Assembly: GCA_041302025.1 (NCBI GenBank)
Contig: JBFYRY010000003.1
Coordinates: 1 to 56,382 of the forward strand
Direction of reading: 5' to 3'
Source of the DNA: Chloroflexota bacterium
GTDB taxonomy: Bacteria; Chloroflexota; Anaerolineae; Anaerolineales; Villigracilaceae
DNA length: 56,382 nucleotides
In this document: piece by piece, positions 38,394 to 47,490 of the stretch
How the letters are laid out: each line of letters begins with the position of its first letter
How positions within the stretch are numbered: the stretch's first letter is position 1
Made by a program: the position numbers and the translations under genes
Notes under the pieces: generated by a model
The model's database searches: none
What the model was told of the DNA's origin: nothing
The model's input: only the letters and a program-made list of their open reading frames with translations

Positions 38394-39158
38394 CTACCAA
38401 ACCCCAGGGATCAAGGCTTTTCGATTTACTGGATACTCAGCAAATTTATCGTGATACCACTTATGATGTGACCAGGCACGCGGCACAAGGTTGGCGAACG
38501 TCCATATCGCAAACGTCAATCCCGCGAGAGACCATGTTGCGAGCGCCCAGCCGAACCATTCAAGGATTTCGCCGAAGTAATTCGGGCAGGAGATGTATTT
38601 ATACAGTCCGCCATAGGGGATTTTGTAATCGGTCTCGCCTGGTTTGCGTAAATTGCGCAAAGTATTATCCGCCCAGCGGTTGATCGTAATGCCAGCGATA
38701 AACAACACCACCCCAATGATAAAACGCGGATCGAGCAGCCAATCCGTTGTATAGCGACCTTCTGCAAAATGGAAGATGTACCTTCCGTTCAAATATGCAT
38801 TCCCTGAATTGAACACCACCGCCATGATCGTGACCGTGATCGGCATTTTCTTTTTTCCATCACGTAACATGAATGGATAAATATATGAGCGGTGAATGTA
38901 GTGCGCTTCCCACATCAGCAGGAAGATGATGGTTGTTGCCGTCTTTGGCGCACTGCCGATGAAGAACATGACCAGCATGACAATCGCCGAAATCGATTCC
39001 ATCAACAACCAACCCAGCCAGTTTGGCAATTGATAGCCCCATCCACGGCGGGCATGACGTCCGTAAGGGGCGGAAACGAAGAACAGAGCGATGAAGATCC
39101 CGACGGCGAAGACAAAGCTGAGAATGATGATGATCCTGAAGGCGCTGAATTCAGTCAT
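38394..39158 (-). CDS. Steroid 5-alpha-reductase family (3-oxo-5-alpha-steroid 4-dehydrogenase / DUF1295)
   Basis: [45 protein letters not shown]. Confidence 0.9.
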   Translation of the reverse strand: MTEFSAFRIIIILSFVFAVGIFIALFFVSAPYGRHARRGWGYQLPNWLGWLLMESISAIVMLVMFFIGSAPKTATTIIFLLMWEAHYIHRSYIYPFMLRDGKKKMPITVTIMAVVFNSGNAYLNGRYIFHFAEGRYTTDWLLDPRFIIGVVLFIAGITINRWADNTLRNLRKPGETDYKIPYGGLYKYISCPNYFGEILEWFGWALATWSLAGLTFAIWTFANLVPRAWSHHKWYHDKFAEYPVNRKALIPGVW

Positions 39159-40137
39159 TGGGGTGAGTTCCTTTTTGGGTATTGAACCAATTCAGCGTGT
39201 CGGCTATGGTCTGCTGAAAGAGACGCGGTGAATATCCCAAGTCGCGTGTGGCGCGGGCATGGCTGATGTTGTGATTGGATTTCATCGCATTGAGCATCGG
39301 ACGCGTGTAGATCGGCTGCGCCCCATTGACCTGCGCCAGTTTTGCCATGACGGGTTGGGCTAGTTGTGCCAGCCAAATGGGGACAGTAAAACGCGGCGCG
39401 GGCTTGCCAGAGATCTCGGATGTAAACTGAGCCACTTCTTTCAACGAATGCCAATGACCCGAGAGAATATAATGTCCACCATGTGGCGCAAGGCGCTCGG
39501 CTTGAATGGCGCCATCCACAACATCGCGGACATCCACCCAATCGTAGCCGCCGCGCACGAGCGCAGGGATGCGTCCCTTGGCGAGGAGTTGTAATGCCTG
39601 ACCAAAGTAAGATGGGCGGAAGTCAAAGGGTCCAGCGATGGCGGTAGGAATCAGGATAACCGAATCCAGCCCACGGTCCAGGGAGAGACGCGTTTCCACT
39701 TCCGCAAGCGCTTTGGACCGTTCGTATGGCGGGTGGTTGTCCCCAGTCAGCAACGGTCGGTCTTCGTCCAGTGGTTGGTCGAAGGGTTCCTGTTGATAGG
39801 AGTGGATGGAGCCGAAATACATCAGCCGCCGCACGTTGTTATGCAGACAGGCATCGATGACATTGTGCGTGCCGATAACATTGACGCGTTCAAGTTCATC
39901 CCAATTCCCGCTGCTGATCGAGATGGAACTCCCAAGATGATAGACAACATCCGCGCCGTGAAATGCCTGGCGCAGTGAAGAAGGATCGGTGAGGTCAGCG
40001 GAGACGGATTCCACATCCAGACCGTCGAGGGCGCGTCTATCGCGATGCACAAGCGCGCGGACAGGGCGTCCCTGTGCGAGCAAGGCACGCACCAAATTGC
40101 CGCCGACCAACCCCGATGCTCCTGTGACTACGATCAT
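39151..40137 (-). CDS. NAD-dependent epimerase/dehydratase (3-beta-HSD/dihydroflavonol-reductase-like extended SDR)
   Basis: [25 protein letters not shown]. Confidence 0.88.
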   Translation of the reverse strand: MIVVTGASGLVGGNLVRALLAQGRPVRALVHRDRRALDGLDVESVSADLTDPSSLRQAFHGADVVYHLGSSISISSGNWDELERVNVIGTHNVIDACLHNNVRRLMYFGSIHSYQQEPFDQPLDEDRPLLTGDNHPPYERSKALAEVETRLSLDRGLDSVILIPTAIAGPFDFRPSYFGQALQLLAKGRIPALVRGGYDWVDVRDVVDGAIQAERLAPHGGHYILSGHWHSLKEVAQFTSEISGKPAPRFTVPIWLAQLAQPVMAKLAQVNGAQPIYTRPMLNAMKSNHNISHARATRDLGYSPRLFQQTIADTLNWFNTQKGTHPND

Positions 40138-40277
40138 TTGAAAACCTGTTGGGTCAAGGTTGCTAACACTACGGGATGCACGGAGTTGCTTTTTCAGGAA
40201 AAAATGGATAGAAACTCACCCGATACTTGTTACATGCATACGTATGCCGGTGACTATTTCTGTTCTATACTACGGAC

Positions 40278-40679
40278 ATGGCAACCAAAACCGTTCACCT
40301 CAACTGGAACCCCGAAGAACAATTCATCCTCAGCGATAAGGATAACTACCAGATCGTCATGAAGCCAAAAGGCGTCGCCGCATCGGACCTGCTCGCAATG
40401 GCATTGATCGGATGCTCGTCGCACGACGTCGTGGAGATCCTGAAAAAACAACGTCTGGATTTACACCAACTCAAGGTTACCGCTGAAAGTACACAGGACG
40501 ACGATCCCCCCTGGCGTTTCCGAAAGATTCACATCCACTTTCAAGCCGTCGGCAAAGACATTGACCCTGAAAAACTCCGCAAGGCTATTGAGATCAGCGA
40601 GGAGAAGTATTGCTCGGTTTATGTCACATTGCGGGACGCGCTTGAGATCACGCATGACTACGAAGTGGTGGAACCATAA
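40278..40679 (+). CDS. OsmC family protein (YhfA-like)
   Basis: ALIGCSSHDV..ILKKQR, SEEKYCSV. Confidence 0.88.
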   Translation: MATKTVHLNWNPEEQFILSDKDNYQIVMKPKGVAASDLLAMALIGCSSHDVVEILKKQRLDLHQLKVTAESTQDDDPPWRFRKIHIHFQAVGKDIDPEKLRKAIEISEEKYCSVYVTLRDALEITHDYEVVEP

Positions 40680-40713
40680 TCTTTCAGCCGCGGATTACAC
40701 GGATTTACACAGA

Positions 40714-40742
40714 AAAAGACCGACTTATTGAGTCGGTCTTTC
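40714..40742. terminator. Bidirectional terminator between convergent genes
   Basis: AAAGACCGACT-tattg-AGTCGGTCTTT. Confidence 0.8.
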
Positions 40743-40769
40743 GTTTAAATAATCAGTGGCCTGGCGTTC

Positions 40770-41111
40770 TTATTTCTTCATCGTAAATCCATTGCCCGAC
40801 CAGTTCATCATCCCGCCTTTCATATCGACTGCGTTATAACCTGCCCGTATCAGCATCTTTGTCGCGGAGAGACTTCGGCTTCCCGTCGCGCACACGCAGA
40901 CGATCTCTTTATCCTTTGGTAATTCCTTAATCCGCCGGCCCAATTCCCCAAGCGGGATCAACTTTGCGCTGATGATGTGACCCGTGCGGAATTCCTCCGG
41001 TTGACGTACATCCACTACAAACGGACGTTTGGGGCTTTTGAGTTTCTCATTCAACTCCGCCGCGCTAATCGACGGCATCGGCGGTCCAAACAATGTCTGC
41101 AATAAATTCAT
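40770..41111 (-). CDS. Single-domain rhodanese
   Basis: VDVRQPEEF..GHI..A..IPL, active-site loop CATGSRS, GGM..W. Confidence 0.92.
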   Translation of the reverse strand: MNLLQTLFGPPMPSISAAELNEKLKSPKRPFVVDVRQPEEFRTGHIISAKLIPLGELGRRIKELPKDKEIVCVCATGSRSLSATKMLIRAGYNAVDMKGGMMNWSGNGFTMKK

Positions 41112-41144
41112 TCTGTTTCTCCTACAGTTCGATATTTATATATA

Positions 41145-41170
41145 GATGCAGGAACTGGTAAAAAGTTGCA
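41145..41170 (-). promoter_or_regulatory. Putative ECF promoter for the rhodanese gene
   Basis: Minus strand TGCAACTTTT-N11-GCATC, third copy. Confidence 0.75.
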
Positions 41171-41252
41171 CATGAAAGCAATTCCCATAATGGTTGTGGA
41201 ATCCATCCATCGGGCGTAAAATACCAAAACCGTATTTAAGCAAGGATCAATA

Positions 41253-41363
41253 ATGCTTCACACTGAAGAGAGCGATTTAGATAATTCAGAGAGTCAACCG
41301 CCCAGTACAGGATATTGGGCGTGGCACGCGTTGCAGAAACACATCATTGACATCACGGAGTAG
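41253..41363 (+). CDS. Putative corA leader peptide (36 aa)
   Basis: AAGGA SD, then MLHTEESDLDNSESQPPSTGYWAWHALQKHIIDITE*; ends 44 nt before corA. Confidence 0.4.
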   Translation: MLHTEESDLDNSESQPPSTGYWAWHALQKHIIDITE

Positions 41364-41407
41364 GTGAGACAGCCTCTGCGTGATGATCTCACGCTTAGGA
41401 GGCAGTC

Positions 41408-42279
41408 ATGCTCACCATCTACAAAACCACAGAGCAGGGACTCGAACAACTCGATTCTTTCGCGAACGGGACCTGGATCAAAGCCGTCGACCCGACCGCG
41501 GAGGAGATACAGAAACTGGTGGATTGGGGGATCGACGTCGATTACATCAACTATTCGCTCGACCTGGATGAAATGCCGCGCATCGAAGCGACGTCCCCTA
41601 CACCACCATACCGCTCGGCATTATGATCCGCGGCAATACCATTGTCACCATCTGCCGCCACGACAAGGATATGTTCAAGGTGCTTGCCAACGGCAAATAC
41701 CGCATGATGAAGACCGGCAAGCGTTACCGCTTTGCGTTATATATTTTCCTCGAGACCGCCACGCGTTATCTTACCCACCTGCGCGAGATCAACCGCATGA
41801 CCGAGACCATCGAAGACCAGCTGCAGAAATCCACGCGCAACCGCGAAGTGTTGGAACTGCTCAAATACCAGAAGTGTCTCACCTATTTCGCAACAGCATT
41901 ACGCTCAAATGAAGTGATGATGGAACGCGTCCAGCGCATGCAAATCTTCAATTACTACGAAGAAGATCAGGACCTCCTCGAAGACGTGCTGACCGAGAAC
42001 CAGCAAGCCATCCAGATGACCAGCATTGCCACCGAGATCCTTTCGGGCATGATGGATGCCTTCGCTTCGATCATCTCGAACAACCTGAACGGCGTGATGA
42101 AAGCCCTCGCCGCGCTCACCATCGTCGTCAGCCTGCCAGGCACGGTGGCGGGCTTCTTCGGTATGAACGTGGCACTACCCGGCGAGGAACATCCTCTTGC
42201 CTTCCTCATCGTTTTCGGCATCGCTCTCACGCTGACGTCCATTGCAACATTCATCTTCTACAAACGCGATTGGTTCTAG
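41408..42279 (+). pseudogene. corA: CorA family Mg2+ transporter with internal deletion and frameshift near 41586
   Basis: First frame ...LDLDEMPRIE jumps to SDVPYTTIPLGIMIRG in another frame. C-terminus is intact with NNLN..MK and GMN signature. Confidence 0.8.
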
Positions 42280-42284
42280 CCAGT

Positions 42285-42320
42285 AACGTTGCGAAGGTTT
42301 TGAACCTTCGCAACGTTTTT
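42285..42320 (+). terminator. Palindrome/terminator after corA
   Basis: AACGTTGCGAAGGTT-ttg-AACCTTCGCAACGTT followed by a T-run. Confidence 0.7.
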
Positions 42321-42331
42321 TACAGGAAACC

Positions 42332-43210
42332 ATGAAACCTGAACTTCTCTACGATACAAAAGCCACTCTCGGCGAAGGTCCCATTTGGGATGCGCGCACA
42401 CAAACCCTCTACTGGATCGACATCCTCAACAAGCGCGTCTACCGCGAGGGGACTGTCCTCGCGCAGTTGGATGACTTCATCGGATGCATCGCCCCGCGCA
42501 CGGGCGGCGGACTCGTGCTGACCACACGCTTCGGCTTCGCAAGCCTTGAACCCTTCGATCCTACTCAGGGCAGGGTTGATTCCGTCAAACTGACATCTCT
42601 CGCATCCCCCGGGAACGAACCGGCAAACAACCGTTTCAACGACGGCAAATGCGACCCGCGCGGGCGTTTCCTTGCCGGCACCATGGATATGGGCGAGAGC
42701 GATCCCACCGGCTCGCTATATTCCTTCGATGGGAAGTCGGTCATGAAATTATTGGACAGCGTTACCATCTCGAACGGAATGACGTGGAGCCCCGACCGCA
42801 AGACCTTCTATTACATCGATACTCCCACGCGAAAGGTCCGGGCGTTCGATTACGATCTCGAAACGGGAACAATCGCAAGTCCGCGTGAGGCGGTGTATGT
42901 CCCTGAGTCCCTCGGCTGGCCCGACGGCATGACATCCGACGGGCAGGGCAATTTGTGGATCGCTATGTGGGGCGGCGCACAGGTCACAAAATGGGATCCG
43001 CGCACCGGCAAACTGCTGGAACAGATCCCCGTCCCGGCGAAGAATGTGTCCTCCTGCATCTTCGGCGGAAAGGATCTCAATGTGCTCTACCTCACCTCCG
43101 CACGCAAAGAATTGGATGAAGGCACGTTGAAGAAATATCCGCTCACAGGCGGCGTGTTCCGTCTGGAAACGGACGTCGAAGGGATGCCCACCTTTGAGTT
43201 CACAGGGTAA
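42332..43210 (+). CDS. SMP-30/gluconolactonase/LRE family protein
   Basis: LGEGPIWD, RFNDGKCDPRGR, SNG..WSPD, PDGMT.D..G.LW. Confidence 0.93.
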   Translation: MKPELLYDTKATLGEGPIWDARTQTLYWIDILNKRVYREGTVLAQLDDFIGCIAPRTGGGLVLTTRFGFASLEPFDPTQGRVDSVKLTSLASPGNEPANNRFNDGKCDPRGRFLAGTMDMGESDPTGSLYSFDGKSVMKLLDSVTISNGMTWSPDRKTFYYIDTPTRKVRAFDYDLETGTIASPREAVYVPESLGWPDGMTSDGQGNLWIAMWGGAQVTKWDPRTGKLLEQIPVPAKNVSSCIFGGKDLNVLYLTSARKELDEGTLKKYPLTGGVFRLETDVEGMPTFEFTG

Positions 43211-43235
43211 ATGAGTAGACCTACAAACATAAATA

Positions 43236-43266
43236 AAAAATCCCACTCCAAAAAGCGGGATTTTTT
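43236..43266. terminator. Bidirectional terminator
   Basis: AAAAATCCC...GGGATTTTT between convergent genes. Confidence 0.7.
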
Positions 43267-43275
43267 ATTGTAGTC

Positions 43276-43749
43276 TTACACTTGTGAAGCCGGTGCCCGT
43301 TTCGATTGCTCCTCCTTCACGGTGCGGAGACCGTTATTCACCTGGTTGGTGATCCGTTCCAGTTCAGCCTGGAGTTGAGTGAGACTATCCAGGATGTAAT
43401 CGTCCGCATCGGTACGGATGCCGTCCGCTTCCGAACGCGCCTGCGCCAGGATCTGCTCGGAACGTCGCAAGGCTTCCTGCATGATCATGTCCCTGGTCAC
43501 CATCTGGTCCGCTTTTTGGCGGGCGATCTCGAGCGTGCGGTTGGCTTCCTCCTGCGCCTGCGCCAGCACACGGTCGCGTTGACCAAGCAGTTGCTGTGCT
43601 TTTTTCACTTCTTCGGGGATGGCGATGCGCATCTGGTCGATGATATCCAGCATGCGGTCTTCATCCACCATCACATTGCGCGTGAGGGGAATGGATTTGC
43701 TTTCGTTGAAGAGTTCTTCGAGCCGATCGATGAGTTGCAGGATGTCCAT
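43276..43749 (-). CDS. Conserved coiled-coil protein (ATP-synthase-b/DivIVA-like), commonly found after coaD
   Basis: MDILQLIDRLEEL....IPLT..VMVD...LDIIDQMR..IPEE, ADDY motif. Confidence 0.8.
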   Translation of the reverse strand: MDILQLIDRLEELFNESKSIPLTRNVMVDEDRMLDIIDQMRIAIPEEVKKAQQLLGQRDRVLAQAQEEANRTLEIARQKADQMVTRDMIMQEALRRSEQILAQARSEADGIRTDADDYILDSLTQLQAELERITNQVNNGLRTVKEEQSKRAPASQV

Positions 43750-43770
43750 GAAATACTCCTTCAGACGGTT

Positions 43771-43970
43771 TTATCGCAGAGCCTGAAGCATTTCCTTGTT
43801 GTGGCGCAGGATATCATTAACTACTGTCTGCAAGTCTGCTTTTTTTCTTTTGCATATTCTTCGATAAATGCGACAAGGTCGTCATCGAGGTAAATCGGAA
43901 GTTTCAATACGACATCCGGACGATAAAACTTGCCCTGCTCACCCCTGGAAAAATCATATTGTTTTTTCAT
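43771..43970 (-). pseudogene. BrnA-like antitoxin pseudogene
   Basis: MKKQYDFSRGEQGKFYRP...PIYLDDD. A one-base loss in an A-run separates the C-terminal ADLQTVVNDILRHNKEMLQALR*. Confidence 0.7.
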
Positions 43971-43976
43971 ATGGTT

Positions 43977-44272
43977 TTAGCGCCTTTCATGATACTGATG
44001 CGCCTCTTCTTTGGCGGCTTTTCTCGCTGAAACGATTCGAACAAGCGAGATTTCGGCGGCGGCAGTTCTAAAAGTGTGAACGACAACCAGCAAGACATCA
44101 TTTCCTTCTGTGCCGATTGTCACCCAACGGTCTTCCTAATCGCTATGTTTTTCGTCAAATATTGAAATGGCAAAAGGATCCAGAAAAACCTGGCGGCGCG
44201 TTCAAAACTTACACCATGTTTTCGAAGGTTCTGCCGCGCTTTAACAGGATCCCACTCAAACTCATAACGCAT
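43977..44272 (-). pseudogene. brnT: BrnT family toxin pseudogene
   Basis: MRYEFEWDPVKARQNLRKHGVSFERA, a frameshift, then VFLDPFAISIFDEKHSD*EDRWVTIG...LVVVHT...RIVSARKA with an internal TAG. Confidence 0.8.
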
Positions 44273-44314
44273 CGATTATTCCTGTTATCAATATTGCAAT
44301 AATTCTAGCACAAA

Positions 44315-44833
44315 TTAATCGCGCAACGCGTTCGGCGGGGAATGTCCATCGCCCAGGGCATTGACCTTTGCCTTAAGCGCCTTCTCCACATGCGGCGGCA
44401 CCATGCTGGAGACATTTCCGCGCAGGGATGCAATCTCCTTGACAGTGCTCGACGAGAGGAACGTATGCTGTTCGGCGGTAATGAACGCCACCGTTTCGAT
44501 ATCGCTTGCGAGACGCTGGTTGGCAAGCCCCATGCGGAACTCGAATTCGAAATCGGAAAAGACACGCAACCCGCGTACGATGACATGCGCGTCGATCTGG
44601 CGGGCAAACTCAACCGTCAGCCCGCTGTAACCGGTGACCTTGATCTTGGAGTTTTCCTTGAGCGCTTCCTTGACCAGTGCCATGCGTTCTTCCGGAGAGA
44701 ACATCAATGATTTCAACGGTTTGTCATAGACCGCCATCACCACCTCGTCAAAGAGACGCGAGGCGCGGGTGGCAATGTCAATGTGACCGTAGTGGATGGG
44801 GTCGAACGTGCCGGGAAATAAAGCTCTGACCAT
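44315..44833 (-). CDS. coaD: Phosphopantetheine adenylyltransferase
   Basis: PGTFDPIHYGH, VRGLR..SDFEFE, LSSSTVKE. Confidence 0.96.
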   Translation of the reverse strand: MVRALFPGTFDPIHYGHIDIATRASRLFDEVVMAVYDKPLKSLMFSPEERMALVKEALKENSKIKVTGYSGLTVEFARQIDAHVIVRGLRVFSDFEFEFRMGLANQRLASDIETVAFITAEQHTFLSSSTVKEIASLRGNVSSMVPPHVEKALKAKVNALGDGHSPPNALRD

Positions 44834-44835
44834 GT

Positions 44836-44939
44836 TAGTTTACTAGTCTCCTGGTCTGCTGGTCTTCTAGTCTTCTAGTCTGTTAGTCTCCTGGTCGTAC
44901 TCGGACTAACGAACTACAAACCAGAGGACTAGCGGACTA
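44836..44939. repeat. Inverted octamer array (T[AG]GTC / GACTA) filling the recG-coaD intergenic region
   Basis: Eight units at exact 8-nt period from 44836, then five reverse-complement units 44902-44939. Confidence 0.85.
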
Positions 44940-44940
44940 A

Positions 44941-47448
44941 TTAACTTACATCCCCTTTGCCTTCACCCCAGAATCGTCCGAGTGCCTCGGCAAGCAGGGC
45001 ATGTTCGGGCTGGGAGAGGTCCGGGTCTTTCTCGAAAACAGCCTGTGCGCGGGTGCGGGCTTTCTCGATCAACTTCACATCGGTGATGCTTGCCATGCGC
45101 AGGCTGGATGTATATCCTGCCTGCCGCGTACCCAGGAATTCGCCAGGACCGCGCAACTGCAGGTCTTTTTCCGCCAGGAAGAACCCATCATTGGATTCCG
45201 ACATGGCTTGCAGGCGCTCGTTCTCGGTCTTGTCTTCGTGGGTGGGGATCAACAAACAATAGGATTGATCCGAACCGCGTCCGACCCGACCGCGCAACTG
45301 GTGCAATTGCGCGAGACCGAATCGGTCGGCGCCTTCGATGAGCATGACCGTTGCGTTCGGCACATCCACACCCACTTCGACAACCGTCGTCGAAACCAGG
45401 ATGTCGAATTTCCTGTCGCGGAACTTGTGCATGACATCGTCCTTTTCGTCGGGGCGCATGCGTCCGTGCAACAAGCCGAGTTTCAGATTGGGGAAGACTT
45501 CCTTCGAGAGGGTCTCGTAATCGTCCACGGCGGCGCGGGCTTCGATATTCTCGCTCTCTTCGATGAGCGGATAAATGATGAACGCCTGTTTGCCATCCTT
45601 GATCTGACCGCGCACCAGCGTGAAGGCGCGTTCGCGTTCCTGCGGACGGAGCACGTACGTATTGACGGGCTGGCGTCCCTTGGGCATCTCGTTCATGAGG
45701 GAGATGTCGAGGTCGCCGTATAAGGTGAGGGCAAGCGAGCGCGGGATGGGTGTGGCGGTCATCACCAGCAAATGCGGATTGGTTCCCTTGCTCCTGAGTT
45801 CCGCGCGCTGTTCGACGCCGAAACGGTGCTGTTCATCGATGACGACAAATTGCAGGTCCGCGAATTGGACGGTTGGTTCGATGACGGCATGGGTGCCGAT
45901 CACGATCTTGATGGAGTTGTTCGCCAAACCGGCGCGGATGTCTTCTTTCTCGGTTTCGGGCGTATCGCCCACCAGCAGGCGGATCTCCTCGGGCTTGTGA
46001 ATGTCCTTCAGCAGGCTGGTGAAATTGCGATAATGCTGTTCCGCCAGAATGGCTGTGGGAGCCATGATGGCGGCTTGGGCGTTATTGCTCGTGATCATCA
46101 CAGAGGCTAACGCGGCTACTACAGTTTTGCCGGAACCCACATCGCCTTGCAAGAGTCGGTTCATCGGTTTGCCTGAGTCGAGGTCCGCGCGGATGTCTGC
46201 GACGGATGTTTGCTGGGCGGAGGTCAGGGTGAAGGGCAGGCTCGTTAAACGGGCACCCAGCCACTCATCCGGGACAGGGAAGCGCCGCGCATCCACCGCT
46301 TTCCAATCCCGTTTCTGCCGCAGGACTCCCATTTGCAGGTAGAAGATCTCGTCGAAGGCGAGTCGCTCGCGCGCGGCTTTGAGTTTCTCCTGCGAATCCG
46401 GAAAGTGGACTTGAAGCAGTGCCTCGCCCAGCGGCATGACACGCGCCGCACTGCGCACACTATCGGGCAGGGCATCCGCCACGTTGGGCGCCCAATAAGT
46501 AATGACCTGATTCATCAGGTTGCGGAGCCATTTTTGCGTGATGCGCTCGGTCAGCGAATAGACCGGCACGATGCGGTTGGTGTGCAGGTTCTCGACATCC
46601 ACAGGCTCCCAATCGGGGCTGTTCATCACAAGCCGGCCGAGATACTGATCGATCCTGCCGGACACGGAAATGGCATCCCCCGATTTGAACCGGTTCGCGA
46701 GCCAGGGCTGGTTGAAGTAACTGAGGCGCAGAGCGCCTGTGCCATCGCTGATGATCGTCTCGATGATCGACGCCTTGCCGCCGCGGATTGGGCGCGAGTG
46801 CACGCTTTGGATCGTGCCGATAACCGTCACCACCTCGCCGTAGAACAGGTCCCGGATGGGTTTGAGTTGTGAGTAATCGTCGTAGCGGCGCGGGAAGTAA
46901 TACAACATGTCGCCGAGCGTTTGCAAGCCCAGCCGGGCAAGCGTTTCGGCATGGCGCGGACCGACGCCCTGGAGCACGGTCAATTTGGCATCGAGTGCGG
47001 CGGGCGTGGCGGAAGTACGCGCGCCAGCCACCTGCTCGGAACGCGGTGGGCTTGGCGGACGCGGCGCTCGCGGTTCACGGAAATCGCGCTGTTCGCGTGG
47101 TTCCGGGCGCGGAGATTCCTCCCGGGGCGGTTCCGGCGGACGCTGGGTCTGTTGTTGAGGAGGGCGGGGTTTCTGTTGGGGCTTCTGCTGAGTTTCGGGA
47201 TACGTATCCCCGATGCGCTTCCATAACCCTTTCAACGCGTCGGCACGGGACTGAGGGCTGAGTCCGTCATAGGAGCGGAGTCTTTGCACCACAGCCTGGA
47301 TCACTTCCTCCTGGATGCCGTCGGCGCGGGCTTCCCCTTCCCAGAAATCGAGCATTTTGGCGAGTCCACCGATAATGGCGGTGTTGGCATATCCGTTCTC
47401 GTGTTCGAGACGGAAGAACTTGCGTAATTTTTCTAATGACTGCTGCAT
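44941..47448 (-). CDS. recG: ATP-dependent DNA helicase RecG
   Basis: QGDVGSGKT, DEQHRFG, MTATPIPR, QLHQLRGRVGRG, DL.LRGPGE..GTRQ. N-terminal extension with Pro/Gln/Arg-rich linker. Confidence 0.97.
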   Translation of the reverse strand: MQQSLEKLRKFFRLEHENGYANTAIIGGLAKMLDFWEGEARADGIQEEVIQAVVQRLRSYDGLSPQSRADALKGLWKRIGDTYPETQQKPQQKPRPPQQQTQRPPEPPREESPRPEPREQRDFREPRAPRPPSPPRSEQVAGARTSATPAALDAKLTVLQGVGPRHAETLARLGLQTLGDMLYYFPRRYDDYSQLKPIRDLFYGEVVTVIGTIQSVHSRPIRGGKASIIETIISDGTGALRLSYFNQPWLANRFKSGDAISVSGRIDQYLGRLVMNSPDWEPVDVENLHTNRIVPVYSLTERITQKWLRNLMNQVITYWAPNVADALPDSVRSAARVMPLGEALLQVHFPDSQEKLKAARERLAFDEIFYLQMGVLRQKRDWKAVDARRFPVPDEWLGARLTSLPFTLTSAQQTSVADIRADLDSGKPMNRLLQGDVGSGKTVVAALASVMITSNNAQAAIMAPTAILAEQHYRNFTSLLKDIHKPEEIRLLVGDTPETEKEDIRAGLANNSIKIVIGTHAVIEPTVQFADLQFVVIDEQHRFGVEQRAELRSKGTNPHLLVMTATPIPRSLALTLYGDLDISLMNEMPKGRQPVNTYVLRPQERERAFTLVRGQIKDGKQAFIIYPLIEESENIEARAAVDDYETLSKEVFPNLKLGLLHGRMRPDEKDDVMHKFRDRKFDILVSTTVVEVGVDVPNATVMLIEGADRFGLAQLHQLRGRVGRGSDQSYCLLIPTHEDKTENERLQAMSESNDGFFLAEKDLQLRGPGEFLGTRQAGYTSSLRMASITDVKLIEKARTRAQAVFEKDPDLSQPEHALLAEALGRFWGEGKGDVS

Positions 47449-47490
47449 GGAGTTATTTTATCATGGCGAGGGAGTGAGACCCTCTTCGCT

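Noticed and set aside
41310-41400. T-box or M-box riboswitch upstream of corA
   Set aside because: GGCGTGGCACGCG only loosely resembles the T-box, with no terminator or amino-acid gene. TAGGTGAG lies too close to the start codon for a full M-box.
44140-44150. Stop-codon readthrough or pyrrolysine at the TAG in brnT
   Set aside because: The same gene also has a frameshift; decay is the simpler explanation.
44836-44939. CRISPR array
   Set aside because: Period is 8 nt with no 25-40-nt repeats or unique spacers, and there are no cas genes in the window.
47040-47200. Repeat element in the recG N-terminal region
   Set aside because: Pro/Gln/Arg-rich protein linker without clear nucleotide periodicity or inverted arms.
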